The notes beneath the pieces were generated by a model. That model did not search any database and was not told the origin of the DNA. It saw only the letters and a list, made by a program, of their open reading frames with translations. A stretch of DNA of 64,000 bases from IMG/VR virus record IMGVR_UViG_3300033498_000048, positions 128,001 through 192,000 of that record, one strand, 5' to 3'. This DNA comes from a virus (taxonomy: Duplodnaviria; Caudoviricetes). Of the stretch, positions 56,675 through 64,000 are shown in pieces (within the stretch, counting starts at the first letter, position 1; each line of letters starts with the position of its first letter). A program made the translations under genes and the position numbers.

Positions 56675-56892
56675 TGTCAACAAGTTAGCACTTAGGACAC
56701 ATTAAGTTATTCATTGTCAATTATTATAAATCAATAGGTTAGCACTTACATGGGTGTATTAATTATATAACTGTTCCAAGTGCTAACCTATTGATAGTGT
56801 TATCATTCATTATCAATTATTATAAATCAACAAGTTAGCACTTGGAACGTGTTAGTAATTACTTAATGAGTGTAAGTGCTAAGTCATTGATT
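56675..56892. repeat. Inverted-repeat array 5
   Basis: Complete units at 56729 and 56825 (96-bp period); partial arm at 56675. Confidence 0.93.
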
Positions 56893-56896
56893 GTTA

Positions 56897-57601
56897 CTAC
56901 TTGCTTAATTTATATATTCCATTAACAAGTGCTAATACTAACTTTACATTTGTAGACATGGGCCAAGGGAAAGTAAGTCCAGTTAATTTACCAGTAGCAA
57001 ATAACAACAGCATTCGAGTTCCTTCTGGTCCACCAAATAATGTTGGTAAATCATAATCACCCTTTACTGCTTTGAGTGCAGATGATAAATCCATATCATA
57101 ATTTGCGTTACCAGTTGATGTACCACCATCATCAAGGAACATCCAAAGCAATAAGCCACCAACAACAACCCCACCAACTTTTTTCAGTGCTGGATGCTTA
57201 ACTAAAAAATCTTGTAATTTTTTTAATTCATTATCTGTCCATTTAACAACTTTTGTTGACGCAACATAATCAGCAATCTTTAATTGTAAATCGGTATATA
57301 ATTGGAATCCAGCTTTTAATTTACTGTATAACATACCAAGACTAAATTTGATTTCCCTAAAAAACTCAAATATTTTTTTGTTTTTACAGGCAACTAATAA
57401 ATCTTGAACACGAGTCTTGGAAATCTGTGCCAATTCTACAAAAAACCAATATTTTTCTTTAATCGCGTCCGTCAATTTAACAAGCTCAAACTCAGTTAAA
57501 AGTTTACCGTTTTCCATCTCAAGCAATCTAATCGCTTCAGAATATGACGCAAAATCTTGGTCATATTCATATTGTTCTAGGAACATCTCAAATGTTAGCA
57601 T
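56897..57601 (-). CDS. Late hypothetical protein, probable head-internal protein
   Basis: TATAAATA at 57626-57633; N-terminus MLTFEMFLE. Confidence 0.65.
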   Translation of the reverse strand: MLTFEMFLEQYEYDQDFASYSEAIRLLEMENGKLLTEFELVKLTDAIKEKYWFFVELAQISKTRVQDLLVACKNKKIFEFFREIKFSLGMLYSKLKAGFQLYTDLQLKIADYVASTKVVKWTDNELKKLQDFLVKHPALKKVGGVVVGGLLLWMFLDDGGTSTGNANYDMDLSSALKAVKGDYDLPTLFGGPEGTRMLLLFATGKLTGLTFPWPMSTNVKLVLALVNGIYKLSK

Positions 57602-57625
57602 ACAATATACCTTATTAAATTCAGG

Positions 57626-57633
57626 TATTTATA
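57626..57633 (-). promoter_or_regulatory. T4-type late promoter TATAAATA
   Basis: Exact match 25 bp upstream of 57601. Confidence 0.75.
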
Positions 57634-57695
57634 TTGCTAGCATTTATATTTGTGTTGTGTTACAATGTGCAAATTGTTTAATTAGGTAGGTTATT

Positions 57696-58337
57696 ATGTT
57701 AGAAATTACAGTGAATGCGGATGTTAGGAATTTTAAAGTTGGAGATGAGTTTAAATTCCAGTTTGATAATGGTTGCAGTGTTATGGTTGGTGAAAATGGT
57801 AGCGGGAAATCAACTATCACAAATGCTATTAGAGGACATTTCATGTCACTCGATAAAGCAAAAGGTGTTGGGAATAGCTTAAATAACTATGACATTGTAA
57901 CCTTATCTAAATCGTTTGATGTAAAAACTGATTATGATTATTGCTTTGTTATTGATTTTCACCTAGATAATCCATTAGCATCAAACAACGCATACGATGC
58001 TGTTGAGTTTTTGATGAATGGTGGATATGCTGTTAAAGATAAGTCACATGGAGAATGTAGTCTACATATGTTGGGTAAACTATTACAACAACTTGACAAT
58101 TTTAGAGCTATTAATAAACTCGCTAAGATTTTGTTGATATTGGACGAACCAGAAAGTGGTATGTCCATTAAAAAACAATTCAAATTGGCAAGTGTTATGA
58201 TTCCTGGAATCATAAAAAAACACAATGTTGATATGTTAATTATTACTCACAACACAATTATTACTTCAAGTGTTGAAACTGTTTTTGATATGGAAACAAA
58301 ACAAATAGTTCCTGTTAATGACTATATTTATAGTTGA
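57696..58337 (+). CDS. Stand-alone ABC-type ATPase (COG3910-like)
   Basis: GENGSGKST, SHGE signature, LILDEPESGMS, IITHN. Confidence 0.8.
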   Translation: MLEITVNADVRNFKVGDEFKFQFDNGCSVMVGENGSGKSTITNAIRGHFMSLDKAKGVGNSLNNYDIVTLSKSFDVKTDYDYCFVIDFHLDNPLASNNAYDAVEFLMNGGYAVKDKSHGECSLHMLGKLLQQLDNFRAINKLAKILLILDEPESGMSIKKQFKLASVMIPGIIKKHNVDMLIITHNTIITSSVETVFDMETKQIVPVNDYIYS

Positions 58338-58390
58338 TATGATACACGCTCTAATTGCGATATTCAAGCCATTAGAGCGTGTTGTCATAA

Positions 58391-58720
58391 CTATCGTCTT
58401 TTAGGATAGATAGACTCACCAGTTTCGTGAGGTAATTTGGCTGACGTTTTAACTACGACAGCATTAATATATCCAACTTTTTTAATTAAAATTGTGTTAA
58501 TAACAGCCATATCATCTGGTTCTGATGATATGATTGTTACTGCAACGGTATCACGTTCATCAACATATTCGATTTTTGCTGATGATAAGTCTACTCCATA
58601 ATCACCTAATTCAGATTTAGAATTTTTAAATAATGTATTGGTCATATAGAAACAATACTTCATTTGTACTGATTCGGTCATTTTTGTGTAGGCATTAAAA
58701 CTAATGTGTTTAATTGACAT
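58391..58720 (-). CDS. Hypothetical protein (possible late/internal protein)
   Basis: GATAAATA variant upstream; ISFNAY...TES N-terminus. Confidence 0.55.
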   Translation of the reverse strand: MSIKHISFNAYTKMTESVQMKYCFYMTNTLFKNSKSELGDYGVDLSSAKIEYVDERDTVAVTIISSEPDDMAVINTILIKKVGYINAVVVKTSAKLPHETGESIYPKRR

Positions 58721-58784
58721 ATTAATGTTCCTTAAATATAATTATTTATCAATTGTAATATTTTAGGTAGAGGTGTACTAAACC

Positions 58785-59039
58785 ATGTTATACAAAACAA
58801 CTAATTGTGTATTAAAAATGCAAATCAATGGAGTTTGTCATAGTGCATATTGCACTACGATGGGAAAGGGTATGAAAATTAAATTGGTAATAATCAAATC
58901 AACACATGAAAAAATGCTTAAAAAAGCAATTGCTGCTTATAATAAATTACATTTATCTATAACAATCAACAACGAACAATTGTGGTTTGATGTTGTCAAG
59001 TTTGATAGGAACATTCCAATAGAAGAGTTAAGCCTATGA
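58785..59039 (+). CDS. Hypothetical protein
   Basis: 84-aa ORF with GAGGT RBS. Confidence 0.55.
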   Translation: MLYKTTNCVLKMQINGVCHSAYCTTMGKGMKIKLVIIKSTHEKMLKKAIAAYNKLHLSITINNEQLWFDVVKFDRNIPIEELSL

Positions 59040-59068
59040 TTGACACAAAATTAACTTCGTAGTATATT
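59040..59068 (+). promoter_or_regulatory. Sigma70-like promoter TTGACA-17-TATATT
   Basis: Upstream of the glycosyltransferase operon. Confidence 0.65.
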
Positions 59069-59103
59069 TCGTTAATTCTAAAATTTTAAACGGAGGTTAC
59101 TGA

Positions 59104-60267
59104 ATGATAAGAAAAACGGTAAAAAACTTACATGGCAACGAAGTGTGGGCTGACAAAAGGTATATTTCGATTGATTGCCCTGAAGACCATTGGAAAAATA
59201 TGCCAGATTTCAAAATAAAACCATCAACTGTGTATTGTGCTATATCATTTGAGTTTGAATCACAAGATGATGTACAAACATTTGCCAATACTATAGGACA
59301 AACAATCCACCCTGGAACAAAATCAATATGGCATCCTAAATTAAATATCGGTGATTTTTCAAAAGTTAGATATGTTTCAAATCGTGAACCAGAAAATTCT
59401 ATGAAATATCCAATTTATATTCCATCTAAGGGACGACATAAAAACAGATTAACATCCGACACTCTAATCAAAATGGGTATTAAGCATTATATAGTGGTTG
59501 AAGAATCTGAATATGATTTATATCTTAAAGTATGTAATCCAGATTTTGTAACAGTATTGGTTATTCCACAAAGCTATTTTGATGAATATGAAACATTGGA
59601 CGATTTAGGGTCAACAAAATCAAAGGGACCAGGACCAGCAAGAAACTTTGCATGGGAACATTCAATTTCAATGGGACATAAACGACATTGGGTCTGTGAT
59701 GATAATGTTCAAAATTTTTATCGACTTAATAATAGCAAACGTGTTATTGTTTCAGATAGTGCGATATTTAGAGCAATGGAAGACCATGCTGATAGTTATG
59801 AAAACGTTTATATGTCTGGTCCACACTATCGTTTTTTTGTTCTTCCAAATAAAATCCGTTCTCCATTTTCAATTAATACTAGAATTTACTCTACAAACTT
59901 GATTCTAAATGATATTCCATTTAGATGGCGTGGTAGATATAATGAAGACACGATTTTATCGTTAGATATTTTAGCATCTGGGAATTGTACGTTCCAATAT
60001 TATGCGTTTTTGAGTGGTAAAGTCAAAACTCAATCGATTAAAGGTGGAAACACAGATGAGTTCTATTCAAAAGAAGGGACTAAACCGAAATCACAAATGC
60101 TAAAAGATGTTTACCCAGACATCACAGACGTGGTGTGGAAATTCAATCGGTGGCATCACATCGTTGATTATTCCAAATTTAGAGGCAACAGATTAAAAAC
60201 AAATATTGACTTTGTTCCAAATATCAGTGACAATAACTATGGAATGAAATTGGTGGAAATAAATTAA
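59104..60267 (+). CDS. GT-A glycosyltransferase of the TET-associated/GREB1-like family with an extra N-terminal domain
   Basis: YPIYIPSKGR, GPGPARNFAW, WVCDDN, WRGRYNEDT..SL..L, QSIKGGNTDEFY, RWHH.VDY. Confidence 0.75.
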   Translation: MIRKTVKNLHGNEVWADKRYISIDCPEDHWKNMPDFKIKPSTVYCAISFEFESQDDVQTFANTIGQTIHPGTKSIWHPKLNIGDFSKVRYVSNREPENSMKYPIYIPSKGRHKNRLTSDTLIKMGIKHYIVVEESEYDLYLKVCNPDFVTVLVIPQSYFDEYETLDDLGSTKSKGPGPARNFAWEHSISMGHKRHWVCDDNVQNFYRLNNSKRVIVSDSAIFRAMEDHADSYENVYMSGPHYRFFVLPNKIRSPFSINTRIYSTNLILNDIPFRWRGRYNEDTILSLDILASGNCTFQYYAFLSGKVKTQSIKGGNTDEFYSKEGTKPKSQMLKDVYPDITDVVWKFNRWHHIVDYSKFRGNRLKTNIDFVPNISDNNYGMKLVEIN

Positions 60268-60429
60268 ATGACTACTAGAAAAATATTAATACGTTTTGCA
60301 TCTCAAAGTGATGTGGATGATTTTATCAAAAAAACTGGCATTAACATCAATACTAAAATGACACGATGCAAATATGCTCCAAAACTATCATTAAAGCGTT
60401 TCATTAAACGAAAAACTGAGGAAGTATAA
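60268..60429 (+). CDS. 53-aa protein resembling the glycosyltransferase N-terminal domain
   Basis: Manual translation MTTRKILIRFASQSDVDDFIKKTGININTKMTRCKYAPKLSLKRFIKRKTEEV; starts right after the GT stop and overlaps the next ATG. Confidence 0.6.
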   Translation: MTTRKILIRFASQSDVDDFIKKTGININTKMTRCKYAPKLSLKRFIKRKTEEV

Positions 60430-60653
60430 TGAAAACTAAAGTTGTATTTAAAATTCTTGAAGGTAATGTAATTGCATTGTTTCCAGATATTCGTGAAAGT
60501 GGCAATACAATTCTCAGTTATATGCACATCGGTCAACATAGTGCAGCAGCTAGATGTTGGTTATATGAATTAGTTGATGCCACTGTTGCACAATATAGTC
60601 AACTCAAAAAAGAGTTAATTAGTATTGGGTATGATTTACAGCTAATTAATTAA
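60429..60653 (+). CDS. Conserved phage hypothetical protein (IALFP...SY.HIGQHS.A...Y..L..EL...GY)
   Basis: 74-aa coupled ORF. Confidence 0.7.
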   Translation: MKTKVVFKILEGNVIALFPDIRESGNTILSYMHIGQHSAAARCWLYELVDATVAQYSQLKKELISIGYDLQLIN

Positions 60654-60670
60654 TGTGTTAAACATTTCCA

Positions 60671-61021
60671 TTGGAAATGGCTTTAATTGACAGAATGGAG
60701 CTTGAAATGTGCGATTTAAAAAAAGAGTGTAGTGTGTTAAATGATGTGCTTAAAGAGCAGCATTTTGGGTTAAGTTTTTACGATACCCATTTTGATATAA
60801 TCCCAGAATTAAAGTTGTTTAGGGTGATAGATATTGCTATAGCTGCATACACATTAGATAGTGCAATTAATTATTATAAAAAGCATATAGGTGTTGATGT
60901 TGACATTAACGATGGAGACGTGTATGAAATTTCTAATTCTCAGATGGACAATTATGTTGGTGTGACACTGAAGTCCAAAACGGCAAAAGAGTTTGATTTT
61001 TTATTTAGGTGGGAGATATAG
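60671..61021 (+). CDS. Hypothetical protein
   Basis: 116-aa ORF. Confidence 0.6.
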   Translation: MEMALIDRMELEMCDLKKECSVLNDVLKEQHFGLSFYDTHFDIIPELKLFRVIDIAIAAYTLDSAINYYKKHIGVDVDINDGDVYEISNSQMDNYVGVTLKSKTAKEFDFLFRWEI

Positions 61022-61024
61022 GTT

Positions 61025-62188
61025 ATGTTATACATTCCAAGTCAATTAAGAATTGGTTATAGAAATGATGGTGAATCATATAATGGAAAGCTAGGTTACA
61101 TCATACACATGGACAATAGAAAAACAGTTCCTAATGGGTGGGAAAAATGGAGAAATAAAGATATACACCCGATGGATATTCAAAATGTTCCAACCACTGG
61201 GTTTAAATTAGGTAAGGCAGTTGGTGGTGGACGCTCGTGGAATGCAAGACAAGATTGGGTTAGGGTTTATGACCCAAGAGGTTTTGAATTTGAAATATCG
61301 GTTGATAATTTATTGATTATATTGGGAAGCTCCAATAGTATCCATAAAGAATTGGAAGGTGAATTTGTTTATTCGTGGAATAGACAGCAATTAGTATTAT
61401 TACCAGTAGATTCAATTGAATACCGAGATGCTATGTTAGATACTATGGTTGTAACGAGTGGTAAAAAGTTCAAAAAAACAGATTTGATTATTGGACACAC
61501 ATACACGTTTAAAAACAAAAAACAATATGTGTATATTGGTAGCGATTATAATACACATAGGTTTTATGACACAACTAGGATTGATAATTCTAGGGATAGA
61601 GTTAAACTTGGTCTTGACTTTTTTGACTATTTCTACGAGACAACATCACTAACACAACTGTTGTACATATCAGATACTATTGATGATAATTGGACTGAAT
61701 TATCACACCAAATGCAATTTTCACCAGTTTTTCACGTTTGTACTTCCGTAGAGGAAGTTGAATTTGATACTGAAAACATACCTGAATTATTGGAATATAT
61801 GTCTACAGGTAAATCAATTAGACTTAATTTTCAACCAATTCGAGTTAAATGTAGTAATAAGACTGTATTTGGTCCAATGGAGATAAACTTAAAAGGCAGA
61901 TTGGACTGTGTTAAAACATTGATTCCATGGGATTATGCTATGGTTAATCCAGATAGAGAAGTATCAGATGGTGTTTTTGAATTTAGATTCCCAACGGAGT
62001 ATTGTTATAAATTCAAATGTGAACCATTATTTACCAAACAGAATGTACATTACAATGTAGTAACACTTACACTAGATGAATTAATATCGAAATTTTATGT
62101 GGTATATTTAAAACATAATTTATCTAACGGTAACTATTATTATAGTGGAAAGTTAGATAATAGACGGAACAATAATTATGAAAATTAA
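61025..62188 (+). CDS. Conserved jumbo-phage hypothetical protein (RVYDPRGFEFEI..NL)
   Basis: 387-aa ORF. Confidence 0.75.
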   Translation: MLYIPSQLRIGYRNDGESYNGKLGYIIHMDNRKTVPNGWEKWRNKDIHPMDIQNVPTTGFKLGKAVGGGRSWNARQDWVRVYDPRGFEFEISVDNLLIILGSSNSIHKELEGEFVYSWNRQQLVLLPVDSIEYRDAMLDTMVVTSGKKFKKTDLIIGHTYTFKNKKQYVYIGSDYNTHRFYDTTRIDNSRDRVKLGLDFFDYFYETTSLTQLLYISDTIDDNWTELSHQMQFSPVFHVCTSVEEVEFDTENIPELLEYMSTGKSIRLNFQPIRVKCSNKTVFGPMEINLKGRLDCVKTLIPWDYAMVNPDREVSDGVFEFRFPTEYCYKFKCEPLFTKQNVHYNVVTLTLDELISKFYVVYLKHNLSNGNYYYSGKLDNRRNNNYEN

Positions 62189-63419
62189 TAAACTTGAAAT
62201 TCAAAATTTCAAATGTATTGAAAATGCTACAATTAAATTTAATTCCAGTATGACAGTTTTAATTGGTGATAATGGAACTGGTAAAACAACAATATTAGAT
62301 GCGTTGTCTTTTGTATTGGGGGCTTTTTTAACTGGGATTGATGGAACTCCAAAACGACCATTAAAAACAACTGAGAAAAGACAGATTCACAACAAAGATG
62401 TTTTTGTAGTTCAATTGCCACTTAGAACAACTGTCCAGTTGTCGCTATTGGGTGAAGATTATTGTTATTACTTACAATCGACTAAAGAGAGTGGTAATCC
62501 AAGCTATATTAATGCAAAAAAGTTAATTGACAAAGCAAAAGAGTTGACTAAACAAGTTAGGTTTGGAGTTGGAGTTAATTTGCCATTAATGGCTTATTAT
62601 AATACTACATTTGAACACAAAAACAAAGAAGTCGCATATGCAAAAATGACATCACGCTTAATAGGTTACGATGATTGTTTATTTCCAGAGGTTGTATCTT
62701 ATAAATTTTTAAGTTGGTTTAAAACATTTGAAGATTCTAAATTAAAATTTAATAAAGATGATGGCTTATATAAAGCCTTTACTAATGCTATTAGTAGTAT
62801 GATTCCTGAATGGAAAAACATTCATTATAATTGGAAAGAAGATGATATTGTTGGACAATTAGACAATGTTGGTTGGACATCTTTTAGAATGTTAAGTGAT
62901 AGTTATAAACACATTATTCGCATTGTAGCTGATATTGCTTATCGTGCAATTAAATTAAACCCTCACTTAGGCATCAATGCTGTTACAGAAACAGAAGGTG
63001 TTGTTTTAATTGATGGAATTGATACACACTTGCATCCCAAATGGCAACGAGCAGTGGTTTCTGGTTTTAAAAGAACGTTTCCCAATATTCAATTTATTGT
63101 TACGACACATTCGCCACAATTGTTAAGCAGTGTTCATAAAAACGATATATTTATCTTAAAGGGTAATAAATTACATCAACCATCCAGTAATCCGATTGGT
63201 CGAGATTCCAGTGATATTTTGGCTGAAATTATGGACATTACTAAGCGTCCTGATGATATTCAAAAACTATCCGATAACTATTTTTCTTTACTGAATAAAA
63301 AATTATTTGAAGAAGCTCAAGAAGTTCGTAACCAACTGTTGGATAAATTAGATAGCAAAGACCCTATTTTTATTAGAGCAGATGCAATGATGACACGATT
63401 GCAATTGTTGAAAAAATGA
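62178..63419 (+). CDS. PtuA/Septu-like ABC ATPase with degenerate catalytic motifs
   Basis: GDNGTGKTT, LSDS (canonical LSDG), VLIDGIDTHLHPKWQ (canonical DEIDxHLHP), QFIVTTHSP, and a PtuA-like C-terminal helical tail. Confidence 0.75.
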   Translation: MKINKLEIQNFKCIENATIKFNSSMTVLIGDNGTGKTTILDALSFVLGAFLTGIDGTPKRPLKTTEKRQIHNKDVFVVQLPLRTTVQLSLLGEDYCYYLQSTKESGNPSYINAKKLIDKAKELTKQVRFGVGVNLPLMAYYNTTFEHKNKEVAYAKMTSRLIGYDDCLFPEVVSYKFLSWFKTFEDSKLKFNKDDGLYKAFTNAISSMIPEWKNIHYNWKEDDIVGQLDNVGWTSFRMLSDSYKHIIRIVADIAYRAIKLNPHLGINAVTETEGVVLIDGIDTHLHPKWQRAVVSGFKRTFPNIQFIVTTHSPQLLSSVHKNDIFILKGNKLHQPSSNPIGRDSSDILAEIMDITKRPDDIQKLSDNYFSLLNKKLFEEAQEVRNQLLDKLDSKDPIFIRADAMMTRLQLLKK

Positions 63420-63441
63420 CATATTGTGTTGTTATAATAGC

Positions 63442-63505
63442 TTGGACACACCGACAATCACTGGAGTTAAACGATATGTGAATAATACTGTCATAGTGTG
63501 TCCAA
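63442..63505 (+). other. Stem-loop, candidate small RNA
   Basis: TTGGACACAC...GTGTGTCCAA 10-bp stem with an inner GACA/TGTC pair, directly after an extended -10 (TGTTATAAT, 63430-63438). Confidence 0.4.
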
Positions 63506-63543
63506 CAACAAAACGTTGCTTAGAACTAAAATAAAAATATGTT

Positions 63544-63572
63544 TTGACAACGTTTTTTAAACCTATTATAAT
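63544..63572 (+). promoter_or_regulatory. Sigma70-like promoter TTGACA-17-TATAAT
   Basis: Perfect consensus. Confidence 0.75.
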
Positions 63573-63606
63573 ACCACGCATTAGTTACACCAACTGTGAG
63601 AAGAAT

Positions 63607-63975
63607 ATGAGTACAACTTTACAAGCACTAGACAGATTGATTAAATGTCACGATTCATTAGCATATCCAAACAAACCACATAATAGTCCAGCAATAGATA
63701 ACGAGTTAATTGAGCTGTTTAATAATGATGCTAGTTATTATGCAGTTGATATTGATGCTATTAGAGATGGAAGTTATTTTGGAAGACAATGTTCAATTGC
63801 ATTTTCAGAGTCTCCAATTATGGGAACTTCAATTGAGCTTGAAATTGCTTGGGATAATACAAATATTGCTGTTTATACTGCTAACCATAATGGTTATTGG
63901 GTTGCACCATACACAACTAATAAAAACGTATTAAAGGCTTGGAAACAGTTTTTAAAGAAACATTTATTCATTTAA
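63607..63975 (+). CDS. Hypothetical protein
   Basis: Start moved to MSTTLQ, downstream of the promoter. Confidence 0.6.
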   Translation: MSTTLQALDRLIKCHDSLAYPNKPHNSPAIDNELIELFNNDASYYAVDIDAIRDGSYFGRQCSIAFSESPIMGTSIELEIAWDNTNIAVYTANHNGYWVAPYTTNKNVLKAWKQFLKKHLFI

Positions 63976-64000
63976 TTGGAGATATATCATATCACTAACC

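Noticed and set aside
1-64000. Stop-codon reassignment
   Set aside because: Long core genes are intact under code 11, and TAA, TAG and TGA all end genes at expected positions, including ATGA overlaps.
1-64000. tRNA or rRNA genes
   Set aside because: No cloverleaf with a T-loop GTTC motif was recognised by eye; tRNAscan-SE or Aragorn would be decisive.

Overview
64-kb AT-rich segment of a large T4-like (Tevenvirinae/Straboviridae-related) myophage genome. It carries most of the T4-type replication, recombination and late-transcription core: gp43 polymerase, gp41, gp59, gp32, gp44/62/45, gp46/47, UvsX/Y/W, gp39/52 topoisomerase, RegA, DexA, gp55 and gp33. Nucleotide metabolism is covered by a class II B12-dependent RNR (cut by the window edge), ThyX, dNMP kinase and dUTPase. 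A few late virion genes (gp5-like, gp3, a fibre/decoration module) and many small accessory ORFs are also present. Sigma70-type early promoters (TTGACA-17-TATAAT) and T4 late promoters (TATAAATA) are both visible. Standout observations: (1) five dispersed non-coding arrays of a 68-bp unit, made of 19-bp inverted arms around an exactly 30-bp asymmetric core. Each arm matches the IHF consensus WATCAANNNNTTR followed by GCACTT, units repeat every 94-96 bp (about 9 helical turns), and cores occur in both orientations. No listed feature type explains this. (2) The DNA polymerase is fractured at the DTD|S motif by a Ser1/Ser+1 split intein, with a free-standing Vsr-like homing endonuclease between the halves; UvsX and gp44 carry cis mini-inteins. 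(3) An orphan PtuA/Septu-like ABC ATPase has a mutated Walker B and signature motif, making it a candidate anti-defence decoy. (4) A TET-associated-type glycosyltransferase is followed by a stand-alone copy of its own N-terminal domain. All calls come from manual motif reading; no database searches were run.
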